IMG/VR virus record: IMGVR_UViG_3300042451_000960
Origin: a virus
Lineage: Duplodnaviria; Caudoviricetes
Direction: 5' to 3' (one strand)
Length of the DNA stretch: 64,000 nt
Made by a program: the position numbers and the translations under genes. The notes beneath the pieces were generated by a model, which had not been told where the DNA came from, made no database searches, and saw nothing but the letters and a program-made list of their open reading frames with translations. Of this stretch, positions 36,892-46,574 are shown one piece after another; the stretch's first letter is position 1, and every line of letters begins with the position of its first letter.

Positions 36892-38079
36892 TTATCTATG
36901 GTATAAATGTTCTCTTGCCATTAAAAAAATGTGCCATAATTGTTGATGTTTTTTAATAAAAGCACCGGTTATGTTTAGTGTATCACCACCCCAAGGAGTT
37001 TTTAAATAAGCCATCAATTCTTCTCCGGGCAAAATACCAGCTATCCATTGGGTTGGTGTTTCTTCTTTAGTTATAAACACAAATTGTTTATTCTTTGTAT
37101 CAATAAGTAAATTTTTACTATAATCAAAAAATTCAAGTATTACCATACCAGGACCTTCTATTCTATAACCCGAATCATATAATTTATTAAGTTCATTTAT
37201 AATAGAATCTTCGCTTGGGAAATCACTAACAGTAGTTATTTCTTTTCTACAATTTGCTATAACATCATTCCATTTAACAATATTGGTATCATTATTTTCA
37301 TTTGATGTTAATGATATTTCTTCATTGTAAAATGGTATTTGAGTTTTATATTTTGTAAGTGGAAGTAAGTCATTCAAACTAACAGCGTAATCATTTATGT
37401 AGTCATTGTATTGCTTACAAAAATAAACATAACTAGCAAATGGTACACTCATTTTTGGTTGAAGATAATTTTGGTATCTAATAAATTTATCTATATGAAA
37501 TTTTGTACCTTTTTCAATAATTGCATTTGGTTCGGTACTATTACCATAATAACCAGCTAAACTAAATTGGAATAACCATAAATCAATTTTAGGAAACATT
37601 TGTTTCATTCGAGGAAGAACTTCATCATCTAAATAAGCATCATTCTGATTACAAATCACATCATCACCAATTCTATAAACCAATGCGCTATCATGTCCTT
37701 CAGGAAATGCTGTTATTGTAAACCCTTCTTCTATTTCAGTTTCAATATAATGGTCAATGTATGCAAAACTGTATCCAAGCTTTTTACATTCATCCATTAC
37801 ATTTGGATTAGTTCTACGAGGAAATATAATTGTAATTTCGTTATCAGTTTTTGTTTTAATGTATTTTAATGTAGGCCAATGTAAATGGTCTGGGTGTTCA
37901 TGTGATACCGAAATATATTTTACTTTTGAATAATCAATTTTACTATCATCAGTATCTTTAAGTAAAGACCAACTATTATTGAATATTCTACCAAAATACC
38001 AAGGGTCAACTAATGTAATTGAATTGTCTGTTTCAATTGAAAACGATGCATGATTTAAAAACGTAACTTTATAATTCAT
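36892..38079 (-). CDS. MBL-fold metallo-hydrolase (UlaG/CMP-Neu5Ac-hydroxylase-like)
   Basis: NHAS, DPWYFG, SHEHPDH, HDSALV, NQND, PFAS. Confidence 0.8.
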   Translation of the reverse strand: MNYKVTFLNHASFSIETDNSITLVDPWYFGRIFNNSWSLLKDTDDSKIDYSKVKYISVSHEHPDHLHWPTLKYIKTKTDNEITIIFPRRTNPNVMDECKKLGYSFAYIDHYIETEIEEGFTITAFPEGHDSALVYRIGDDVICNQNDAYLDDEVLPRMKQMFPKIDLWLFQFSLAGYYGNSTEPNAIIEKGTKFHIDKFIRYQNYLQPKMSVPFASYVYFCKQYNDYINDYAVSLNDLLPLTKYKTQIPFYNEEISLTSNENNDTNIVKWNDVIANCRKEITTVSDFPSEDSIINELNKLYDSGYRIEGPGMVILEFFDYSKNLLIDTKNKQFVFITKEETPTQWIAGILPGEELMAYLKTPWGGDTLNITGAFIKKHQQLWHIFLMAREHLYHR

Positions 38080-39076
38080 CTTTTAATATTTTATAAATTT
38101 TTTCCGATGCTTTCCCATCTCCATATGGACAAGGTTTACAAATATACGGATTTTTTTCTAATTCACAAAATAAATCGGATAGTTTTTCTGGGGTTTCGCA
38201 AACAAATAAATGCCCAGAACCTTTCCCCTCTGGTCTTTCTGTTACTTTTCTACAAACTATTACTTTTTTGTTAAAGAAAGCCCCTTCCTCTTGCAATCCA
38301 CCACTATCAGTTATTACTAACTTAGAATCCTTTAGAATGTTAATAGTTTCATCGTGCGTAAGGGGTTCAACAACATTTATGTTTGTCAATAACCCCTTAT
38401 GCTTTTGAACGTTTGGATTTGGATGCATTGGTAGTATAAATTTATACTGTGGATAATCAATTGCTAACTGATTAATCTGCTTAAACCATTCATCCATCCA
38501 ATAAAAGTTTTCTCTACGATGCATTGTTACTAAGATAGTATCACCATAACTACCTTTGTCATACTTTAGGAGATTATCCAATACAGTATTTCCAACTATA
38601 TGAATATCTCCTTTTACTCTTTCCGCATCTAAGTTTTCAGCGGAAAGTTGTGTTGGCGCAAAGTTTACATCTGCCAAGCGTGCTATCATTTGTCTGTAAC
38701 CTTCCTCTGGATAAGGATTTTCTAAATCGTAACTACGGAGTCCCGCTTCTAAATAGTAAACCTTTATTCCTCTATGAAACGCTGCTAACGCACAGGCAAA
38801 AGCGGAGGCTGTATCACCTTGCACCAACACACCGCTGAACTTGTAATTTGGAAAATATTCCATACAAGCAATCATAATAGAATCTAATCTAGTATGACGA
38901 AAACTTTCTTCTATATTTACTCTAAAATCAACTCTTATATCTGCTAGTAGGTCTTCATGCTGACCTGTGAATAGTAGTTTGTATTCACTTCTATCCATTA
39001 TATCAATCAAAGGCTTTACCTTTAACCACTCAGGTCTAGTTCCAAAACATACTAATATTGGGTGTTTCTTATTCAT
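38069..39076 (-). CDS. wecB: UDP-N-acetylglucosamine 2-epimerase (non-hydrolysing)
   Basis: FGTRPE, TGQH, VQGDT, EAGLRS, PEE, TDSGGLQEE, ERPE. Confidence 0.93.
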   Translation of the reverse strand: MNKKHPILVCFGTRPEWLKVKPLIDIMDRSEYKLLFTGQHEDLLADIRVDFRVNIEESFRHTRLDSIMIACMEYFPNYKFSGVLVQGDTASAFACALAAFHRGIKVYYLEAGLRSYDLENPYPEEGYRQMIARLADVNFAPTQLSAENLDAERVKGDIHIVGNTVLDNLLKYDKGSYGDTILVTMHRRENFYWMDEWFKQINQLAIDYPQYKFILPMHPNPNVQKHKGLLTNINVVEPLTHDETINILKDSKLVITDSGGLQEEGAFFNKKVIVCRKVTERPEGKGSGHLFVCETPEKLSDLFCELEKNPYICKPCPYGDGKASEKIYKILKDEL

Positions 39077-39836
39077 TTACTAATTTCCAACCTTTTTGTC
39101 TTTGTTTATGAAAATAATCATTCATTAATTGTTTGAATGGTACACCTTCTACACTTTTTTGGTTTGATTCCCAAAGTGAGTTAGCATCACCACCATAAGT
39201 TGCTCCTTTTGTACTTCCCCACATTTCTTTATCAGAACGAGGATGTGGTGGTACAAATGTTTTTATTCCAGCATATTTTTGTAACATATAAGAGAAGTGC
39301 ATATCCTCACCGCATGTATTATATTTTGGGTCAGGTTGCTCCATCCACATATAAGATAACCATTCTTTTTTAAAGAACCAACTATGCCCAACTAAATCAA
39401 CTTGAATAGTCTTATCATTATTACCAGCTTCCGGCCATCCAAATCGTAAATAGTGTTCGTAATAAGATGAATGTTCTGCTGATAGTGGATTCAAATAAAG
39501 TAGTCCCACCGTCCCCAACAAACCTTCATTTTCTTTCATTGTGTTCATACAATTCTCTAGCCACTTTGAACCAGGTATTGTATCATCATCAAATATACAT
39601 ACATAAGGATTACGAGCCATAAATGCGAAAGCAAATCGTGCCCACACACCAAAGTTGTAATTACAATATGCAACGGGAACTTCTGTACCAATATCGTAAT
39701 TGATTAATTCATTATCATCAGGGTTATTATACCACACCAATATCTCATCCGGCTGAACAGTTTGTTTTTTAAGTGCTTCCATTTGTTCATTAAGATTAGC
39801 ACCTCTTTTGTAACCATTTAATATAACTGTTATCAT
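39069..39836 (-). CDS. GT-A/GT2-like glycosyltransferase
   Basis: IFDDD DxD motif, GEDMHFS. Confidence 0.75.
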   Translation of the reverse strand: MITVILNGYKRGANLNEQMEALKKQTVQPDEILVWYNNPDDNELINYDIGTEVPVAYCNYNFGVWARFAFAFMARNPYVCIFDDDTIPGSKWLENCMNTMKENEGLLGTVGLLYLNPLSAEHSSYYEHYLRFGWPEAGNNDKTIQVDLVGHSWFFKKEWLSYMWMEQPDPKYNTCGEDMHFSYMLQKYAGIKTFVPPHPRSDKEMWGSTKGATYGGDANSLWESNQKSVEGVPFKQLMNDYFHKQRQKGWKLVNE

Positions 39837-40834
39837 AATTCTCTTTTTATTCGTTGTAACCAAACTTCCTTTGAAAAACAAGCTTCATAATTTGATTTTG
39901 CTATTTCTGAACATTGATTATAAAACTCTTTATCATTTCTTAATTGTATTGCCAATTCTCTTGCAGTTTCCAAATCATTCACTGCTACCGATAAAGATGG
40001 ATGACAAAGTAATTGAGTATCTACATCTTGATTTCCAATACAAGGTATTCCAAAATATGCACAATTAAGAGCAAATGTTCCAGCTGCTACCGTTGGCATC
40101 ATATGAACTCCGTATTTGAATGTTGATAATACAGCCATCCATTCGTTCCACATCATTCGAGGTAAGTGAGTTAGATTATCCACACTATCCTCACCAATTC
40201 TCATAGCATGTGATGTTTGTGCCCAAATAGGAACTTCGAAATTACCAGCTATCATATAACTCTCAAACCCACCATACCATCTTGCGAAGTTACCACCTAT
40301 AATTGCTTTATCTTCTTTTGTTGGTACAATATCTTTAATTAAAGTATCAATCATTAATGTACCAATAGGTCTTACCTTTTTATTAGGAAACAATCCTTTA
40401 TAGTAATATACATCAGAATCATTATGTGTGAAAATTGAATCACAACTTGCTAAAAAGTTATAGAAATAAACTTGGTCTGATATTTCGTAATCGTTATACC
40501 ACCAATGAGGTCCTTCTTGAATATAGTGAACCGAACCATTACCTTTTGCTTTAATTCTTTCAACTATATCTTGCCTCAATAATTCAGAAACTGGATTAGT
40601 ACCTCTTACCAATGTACTGCCCTCCGAACTTAAAAATGTTTTACCTTTTGGAAATATAATAAAGACATGGTCATATCCTGTCAAATTTTTATCAGAACCA
40701 AATAGATGAAGATTATAATGGTCAGCATCTAAAGCATGCATCCAAGCAAACTCCGTTCTCATATTTGGATGATTAGCTGGAACTTTTCCAACAAATCCCA
40801 TTTCAGTTAGGAAAGCTATCTTAGATTGTATCAT
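39833..40834 (-). CDS. Putative GT-B glycosyltransferase
   Basis: AGTFALNCAYFGIPCIG C-terminal GT-B-like motif. Confidence 0.6.
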   Translation of the reverse strand: MIQSKIAFLTEMGFVGKVPANHPNMRTEFAWMHALDADHYNLHLFGSDKNLTGYDHVFIIFPKGKTFLSSEGSTLVRGTNPVSELLRQDIVERIKAKGNGSVHYIQEGPHWWYNDYEISDQVYFYNFLASCDSIFTHNDSDVYYYKGLFPNKKVRPIGTLMIDTLIKDIVPTKEDKAIIGGNFARWYGGFESYMIAGNFEVPIWAQTSHAMRIGEDSVDNLTHLPRMMWNEWMAVLSTFKYGVHMMPTVAAGTFALNCAYFGIPCIGNQDVDTQLLCHPSLSVAVNDLETARELAIQLRNDKEFYNQCSEIAKSNYEACFSKEVWLQRIKREL

Positions 40835-41450
40835 ACAAAGCGTTTTGTTTTTCTTGTCTTTCAATTTGCTTATGATGATATAAACAATAAATTTCTTCTT
40901 GTGGTAAAACCGATAAAGTATTGTATCCTATAATTCGCTCATGCACTTTACCGCTCCATTCGATTTCAGAAGTTCTTCTATAAAGGCGAGTTTGGTAATC
41001 AGGAAAATTTATCCATCCGTTTTCATTAACTTGCCATTTCCATTTTTGGATATGTTGTTTTGTTAATCCTTCAACAGTATTAATACGAGGAACAAAGAAA
41101 AGGTCAACATCTTTATTATATTCTAAAAAGCTGTGTATATTTTCGACTAAGTATTCGGATGGTATTTCATCCGCATCAATTTGAAATATAAAAATACCAT
41201 TTGCATGATTCTTTAAATTATTCTTAAAAGAAGCAAAATCTTTATTTAAAGCAAACTCTATTACTCTAATATTTTTATGCAATTGAGCTATTATTTTTAA
41301 ATAATCTTTTATTTGATTTGTAGATGAATCAGAATCATACTGAACTAATATTTCATCTTCTTCTTTTAATCTAGGATGTAGGAAATTAATAAGATTTGTA
41401 ATTTCATTTATTTCATTACAAACCGTAATTGCATATGTAACATTTATCAT
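40821..41450 (-). CDS. Glycosyltransferase family 2
   Basis: YAITVCNE, QIDADE, PDYQTRLY, VHE. Confidence 0.85.
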   Translation of the reverse strand: MINVTYAITVCNEINEITNLINFLHPRLKEEDEILVQYDSDSSTNQIKDYLKIIAQLHKNIRVIEFALNKDFASFKNNLKNHANGIFIFQIDADEIPSEYLVENIHSFLEYNKDVDLFFVPRINTVEGLTKQHIQKWKWQVNENGWINFPDYQTRLYRRTSEIEWSGKVHERIIGYNTLSVLPQEEIYCLYHHKQIERQEKQNALYDTI

Positions 41451-41456
41451 AACTTA

Positions 41457-41939
41457 TTATAACTTCTTTAAAATTTTAATATATTGCTTTATATAATCTT
41501 TTTTTATTATCACTTCTGATATTTGTTTAACACCAGTAATAGTGTATGTCCTATAAAGTTCTTTATTTGTTGTTCCTATTCTTTTATTTTTTACATGAGA
41601 TTCGTAAATATTAGAACCGGCCCTATCACCTATTTGTAACAACTCTTCAAGCATTTTAGATTGAGAAATAGATTCTTCGGTAAGATTTGTTAAAAATAAT
41701 TTTTTAAGCCATTTAAAAAAATCTTCAGGCTTTATTTCAGTTATTTTTAAACCTACGAGTTTTTTATCGTAAATTCCAAAAACAAAAACGATAGCAGTTT
41801 CGGGTCCAGATAAAGATTTTCTAGTCCCATCAACATACTCATACGAAGTAATCTTATAAATGTTTCTTGGTCTTACTAAACTTTTAGAAACTTTTTTTTC
41901 GGATTCTATTATTTTATCATATTGTTGTACAAATGGCAT
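41457..41939 (-). CDS. Hypothetical protein
   Basis: 160-aa ORF, packed. Confidence 0.65.
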   Translation of the reverse strand: MPFVQQYDKIIESEKKVSKSLVRPRNIYKITSYEYVDGTRKSLSGPETAIVFVFGIYDKKLVGLKITEIKPEDFFKWLKKLFLTNLTEESISQSKMLEELLQIGDRAGSNIYESHVKNKRIGTTNKELYRTYTITGVKQISEVIIKKDYIKQYIKILKKL

Positions 41940-41941
41940 TG

Positions 41942-43249
41942 TTAAACTTTATTAAGTTTTGGAATTTGCATTTTAGATGTATTTAATTTTGGAATATTAA
42001 ATGGTACTAATTTTGGCTGTGGTTTTATGTACGAATCAACAATATTAGTAAATCTTTCATGCATTTTTTCTAATGTGAAATTTTTTAAAGTATTTTCTCG
42101 TAGCCCTTCTGATTTTTCTAAATAAGAATTATAATTTTTATAAACATCATATATCTTATTAGCTGCATTTGAATAATTTGCACTAAACCATTGTGCTTCC
42201 TTTAGAATAAATTGGTCAGCAGCGGATTCATCAATTTGAGTTAGTGTACCTTCCAAAAACACAGTGTGTTCAGCTGGTAGGAAATCCATATGCCCACTCC
42301 AACCACTAGCTATAATTGGTTTACCTGTCAAAGTAAACTCAGCCATTGGTCTACCATACCCTTCACCTTTTGTGAATGAAATCATTGCTTTTATTTTTGG
42401 ATGATGATAAAGATTACTCATATCTGTTTCTTCCATGTCACCATGTAACAAATAAATTGGTGGACATTTTTGACCAAATGATTTTACAACATCTTCTATT
42501 TTTTGTCTAATGTTTTCTCTATCAATAACACTAAATCCAGCGTGTGATGTTTTTATTAAAAGAGCAGGTTTTTTATCCTTCGGAGTGTGTTGAAATACAG
42601 TTGCGAATGTTTTTAAAGTCATTCCAATATCTTTTCTATCTTGTCCCAAATTACCCTTTAACCAATGACCAACAACTAAGAAACAAAAATCTTCTTTTAT
42701 ATTTTCTAATATGTCAGCTTTATCACCAGGTCTTTCAAATCCTTTATTGAATATTTCAGTATCAACACCTTCGAACAAAACTTCAATTGGTTTTTGTAAT
42801 TTTATTTCACCAACAATTTCTCCAGTTTGTTGATTTTTTTGTTGATATACTGTACCTGCTAAGTTTTGCATTGTAAATTTAGATGGTACTATAATCAAAT
42901 CCATTTTATTAGACCCATCAATAAAATCTTTTGGACAAATTGTAGTTTCTACACCAGCAGTTACACCAATGTTATAATGTCCTTTTGGTTCAAATTCATT
43001 TGCTACTGAAACTTGCATAAACACATCCGGTTTATCACCAATCTCACCAATTACTCTCTCTAACATCCAGCGGCCAAAATCATCATCATCACTTACTTGG
43101 TTTTGTGGTGTATTACCCCAACGAAGTGGAATAATCTTTATATCGTACTTATCCATCTTACGAAGTGATTTCATCAAATCTCTACAATGGTCACCATACC
43201 CACTTCTAGTAAAAATAGGTCCCTGAAATACTAATGTTGGTTTATTCAT
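41942..43249 (-). CDS. GT-B (GT4-like) glycosyltransferase
   Basis: TRSGYGDHCR, KGEGYGRPMAE, SGWSGHMDF. Confidence 0.88.
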   Translation of the reverse strand: MNKPTLVFQGPIFTRSGYGDHCRDLMKSLRKMDKYDIKIIPLRWGNTPQNQVSDDDDFGRWMLERVIGEIGDKPDVFMQVSVANEFEPKGHYNIGVTAGVETTICPKDFIDGSNKMDLIIVPSKFTMQNLAGTVYQQKNQQTGEIVGEIKLQKPIEVLFEGVDTEIFNKGFERPGDKADILENIKEDFCFLVVGHWLKGNLGQDRKDIGMTLKTFATVFQHTPKDKKPALLIKTSHAGFSVIDRENIRQKIEDVVKSFGQKCPPIYLLHGDMEETDMSNLYHHPKIKAMISFTKGEGYGRPMAEFTLTGKPIIASGWSGHMDFLPAEHTVFLEGTLTQIDESAADQFILKEAQWFSANYSNAANKIYDVYKNYNSYLEKSEGLRENTLKNFTLEKMHERFTNIVDSYIKPQPKLVPFNIPKLNTSKMQIPKLNKV

Positions 43250-43259
43250 ATACTATAAC

Positions 43260-44642
43260 TTATTTAACTTTAAATACCTCAAATCTTTGGCGAGGTTTCC
43301 AATTTTCAAATGTTGATTCAATTCCATCAATTAATGTTTGGCACATATTTGTATGAGATAATCCTGCTTCGTTTATAAAATGTTCTCTACCTTTAAGAGC
43401 GTTTGCTTTTCTTTCTTCTTTTGGTGTGTTATACATTTTCTCAATTGCTTCAGCAACTTCGGTTACATCAACTCTATCATCCCAAATATAAGGCGTTGGT
43501 ACTGAACCTGCTAATGCCATTGCTCTACTCCATACCGGAATAGCCCAAGGACCAGGTTCTGCTTTGGCTTCCCATTTTCTCCACTCATGTAATGAACCAA
43601 TTTTAATATAATCGTCAGCAACTAATACATTGCCTTCTACTTTAAATCCACATTGGTCTTGCAATCCACCAGTTACATTTACGATGATTGGTGTACCAGC
43701 CATTACCGATTCTGCAGTTGCTAATCCAAATCCTTCGTTGTTAGCGATGTTGATTGTACAATCTACTATATTATAGATAAGATTCAATTCTTGTTGTGAC
43801 CTTCTTTTTTCTGAAAACTTAATATTAACATCAGATGCTACAGCTTCGATAACAGCATAAAGGTCAGTTCCATTTTCATCCACCGGTTGTGTATGCATTA
43901 ATAGTAAGCACTTATCTGCTTTTTCTTTTCCAATCTTGTCACAAAATAATTTATAAGCATATATAACATCAGCTGGTTGCTTTCTTCTAATATTACGATT
44001 TGACCAATAAAGAACAAAATCGTATTCTTTATCACCTAATACATCTTTTTTGAATTCTGCCGAAACTTCTTCCGGTTTGTATATATCAGTATTAATACCA
44101 TGTGGTACGTATCCTACTTGCCAATCAGCTTTTGGTTTCCAAGTTGGTTTATCAATTCTTGCACTAATTCTTTTAATGATACCATATGTTTGGCGAGATA
44201 TACAACCAATCCAATCACAACTTTCATAGAAGTTACGATTATACATTGGGTCTGGTAAATCATCCCAAATTGCGTAAAATAATAGTGGTACGTTTTGTCT
44301 AATTTCGTGCTCAATATCATATAACCAAGTCCAATAACGAGGGTCAGTAAAGTGTAGGATAGCATCTGGTCTTTCTGCGTTAATTAGTTGCCTAATCAAA
44401 TCCGCATTACCATAACCATTCCAAGGTAAAATTTTTACATTAGCATCTGCAATTCCATAATTTTTTTGGATGTCTTCACTTACATCTAAAACTTTACCTG
44501 CTTCTGGGTGATTAATTGCCGCACCTACTTGAAACCAATCGTATTTGTGAGCAGTTCCTAAAACCAATTCCTTAGACATTGTAGCGATACCACTCGCCAT
44601 TCTTAAATCATCTGAAAGTAACAATATTTTTTTCTTTGCCAT
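43260..44642 (-). CDS. GT-B (GT4-like) glycosyltransferase
   Basis: PHGINTD, NRNIRRKQ, NEGFGLATAESVMAGTPII. Confidence 0.9.
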   Translation of the reverse strand: MAKKKILLLSDDLRMASGIATMSKELVLGTAHKYDWFQVGAAINHPEAGKVLDVSEDIQKNYGIADANVKILPWNGYGNADLIRQLINAERPDAILHFTDPRYWTWLYDIEHEIRQNVPLLFYAIWDDLPDPMYNRNFYESCDWIGCISRQTYGIIKRISARIDKPTWKPKADWQVGYVPHGINTDIYKPEEVSAEFKKDVLGDKEYDFVLYWSNRNIRRKQPADVIYAYKLFCDKIGKEKADKCLLLMHTQPVDENGTDLYAVIEAVASDVNIKFSEKRRSQQELNLIYNIVDCTINIANNEGFGLATAESVMAGTPIIVNVTGGLQDQCGFKVEGNVLVADDYIKIGSLHEWRKWEAKAEPGPWAIPVWSRAMALAGSVPTPYIWDDRVDVTEVAEAIEKMYNTPKEERKANALKGREHFINEAGLSHTNMCQTLIDGIESTFENWKPRQRFEVFKVK

Positions 44643-44650
44643 AACTAATT

Positions 44651-44851
44651 TTAAAATTGTGAACCTGAAACTTGAAGTTTTAAATACTCATTCATTTCTT
44701 TTCTGAAATCTTCATCATTAACATATCTTTCCACAGTTCGATTTACTAACTTCTGAAGTGTTACATCTGATGTGAATGATACTTTTTTAAAGGATGAGTA
44801 AACATCTTTCAAGATTTTCACAGTTGTTAATTTTGTGTTTTCTTGAGTCAT
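44651..44851 (-). CDS. Small hypothetical protein (possible ribbon-helix-helix)
   Basis: LTTVKILKDVYSSFK...TLQKLVNRTVERY. Confidence 0.6.
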   Translation of the reverse strand: MTQENTKLTTVKILKDVYSSFKKVSFTSDVTLQKLVNRTVERYVNDEDFRKEMNEYLKLQVSGSQF

Positions 44852-44927
44852 TATAATATTAATTTATATATTTGTATATATAAGTATATTATAAAAATAA
44901 AAAACAACTATTTTTAAAGAACTTTTT

Positions 44928-45797
44928 TTATTTATCAGCCTTACCATCACAATGCTTTCCTAAGAACTCACACCATTTACAATTCTTTTTGTTGGTACCC
45001 GGTACTTTGGGGAACTGAATATCTTTATAAGTTCCATCATCATTAAACACCGTATTGATAAATTCCATAAATTCATCATGTGCTTTTGTAACTGATGGTG
45101 CTCCATGCGAAGGAGCATGTTTTGATATGTAAGGAATTGGAAATGCCGAATCTTCGGGCAACTTCCTTCTCATAATTTGATATTCAACTCTAATTTTGGA
45201 AAGTGGAATATTAAATAATTCTGAGTAATATTTTTTATATAATAGTATTTGTGCGTTCTTAAACTTATCAGCTTTTTGGTATTGATTCCAACCTTGAGTT
45301 GATGTTTTAAGGTCAATAATGATAATTGAGTTCTCTGCTAAATCTCTAAGTACAATATCTATGAATCCAATAAAATGAACCCCTTCTTTGATTTTAGCAT
45401 TAAGTGGAATCTCAATACCAACTAATTCAAATCCTGATTTAGAATAGAATTTATTAAGATTCTTTTTTAACCATTCTAATATTCTTCTACCATCACCATA
45501 AAATTCTTCTAATTCAATTTGAGTACACGGAGTTCCTTCACTAAGGGCTTCTTTTTCTTTAGTAAAGTTTTCTTTCAATCTATCTAATAATAATTTATCC
45601 AAATTAATCTCATCGGCTTGTTTTTTGGATACACCATACATTACTGAAAGATAGTGTTGAATAGTTTCGTGCATTGAACTACCAAAGATAGTATGAATGT
45701 TTCCAGAACTTTCACCTAACTTATCTATGTAATTTAACTTATATTGTTGTGGGCAGCTACTCCACATTGAGTACTGCGAAAATGATACTTTTGCCAT
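44928..45797 (-). CDS. PD-(D/E)XK superfamily nuclease (RecB/Cas4-like)
   Basis: SQYSMWSSCP, FIGFID, IIDLKT, QILLY, C-terminal CKWCEF. Confidence 0.88.
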   Translation of the reverse strand: MAKVSFSQYSMWSSCPQQYKLNYIDKLGESSGNIHTIFGSSMHETIQHYLSVMYGVSKKQADEINLDKLLLDRLKENFTKEKEALSEGTPCTQIELEEFYGDGRRILEWLKKNLNKFYSKSGFELVGIEIPLNAKIKEGVHFIGFIDIVLRDLAENSIIIIDLKTSTQGWNQYQKADKFKNAQILLYKKYYSELFNIPLSKIRVEYQIMRRKLPEDSAFPIPYISKHAPSHGAPSVTKAHDEFMEFINTVFNDDGTYKDIQFPKVPGTNKKNCKWCEFLGKHCDGKADK

Positions 45798-45801
45798 AAT
45801 G

Positions 45802-45833
45802 TAAAGATACGAAAAAATGGTGAATATACCAAA
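45802..45833 (-). promoter_or_regulatory. Bacteroidota primary-sigma promoter
   Basis: TTTGG-N19-TATCTTTA. Confidence 0.7.
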
Positions 45834-46283
45834 TTAAACTTTGAGTTTTAATTTAGTAATTTGCTTAGTGTCAGTACCATAAGCCTCCGCAATTTCTTTG
45901 ATGTGTTGCTTACCTGCGGTTGTTTGATAAAGTATATGAACATAATCCTCAGCTTCTAACTTAGATACTTCATAATACTTTGCAACTAACTCAATAACCC
46001 AACCTTCATACTTATCGGCTGAAGCTGGTTTCATATATTTTAAGAATGCTCTAGTCTTTGGTATCAATCCGATAAGAGCAAGATACATTGCTTTTGGTGG
46101 AGCTTCCTGAATGTAAGGTGATATATCTGCTATCAACTCTATCCATTCGGATTTCATAGAAAGAAAACGGAGTATCATATAGTTACTCCATGTCTTTTTA
46201 TCGCTCTCATCAAGCTTATCCCAATACTTTGGGTCTTTATCTTGCGTTATTGCATTTATATGGTCGAATAATGTTTTAGCCAT
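45834..46283 (-). CDS. Clamp loader small subunit (T4 gp62-like)
   Basis: LFDHINAIT...NYMILRFLSM; next to the clamp loader ATPase. Confidence 0.7.
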   Translation of the reverse strand: MAKTLFDHINAITQDKDPKYWDKLDESDKKTWSNYMILRFLSMKSEWIELIADISPYIQEAPPKAMYLALIGLIPKTRAFLKYMKPASADKYEGWVIELVAKYYEVSKLEAEDYVHILYQTTAGKQHIKEIAEAYGTDTKQITKLKLKV

Positions 46284-46573
46284 TAATCTTCTTTTTTATT
46301 CATCTTATCTTTAGCTTCTAAAGCTTTAAGTTCTATTTGTTTTGAAAACTCTTGTTCAGCACCACATTCACCACAAACTGCGATTTGAAATGGAATATGA
46401 ACGTCTTGGTCACCACCATACGCCAACTTAGATAATCTTCTAAGTTTCATAGCTGGGATGAACACATTATATCCACATTTTTCACACACCATTGGTGTTG
46501 ATGATGATATATCTAGTTTTGGTTGCATTCCGCCCATTTGTGGAATCTCCCCCTGTCCGATAATGTTAGCCAT
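46283..46573 (-). CDS. Small zinc-ribbon protein
   Basis: CEKC...CGEC. Confidence 0.65.
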   Translation of the reverse strand: MANIIGQGEIPQMGGMQPKLDISSSTPMVCEKCGYNVFIPAMKLRRLSKLAYGGDQDVHIPFQIAVCGECGAEQEFSKQIELKALEAKDKMNKKED

Positions 46574-46574
46574 A

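Noticed and set aside
22564-44642. Host chromosomal capsule or O-antigen locus
   Set aside because: No flippase, polymerase, chain-length regulator or priming transferase. It is continuous in strand and packing with phage genes on both sides; an assembly chimera is unlikely but not excluded.
44842-44874. Plus-strand CTTG-N21-TATATTTG as an antisense promoter into the PD-(D/E)XK gene
   Set aside because: Single occurrence in very AT-rich DNA, with spacing and -33 element unlike the ten consistent minus-strand promoters.
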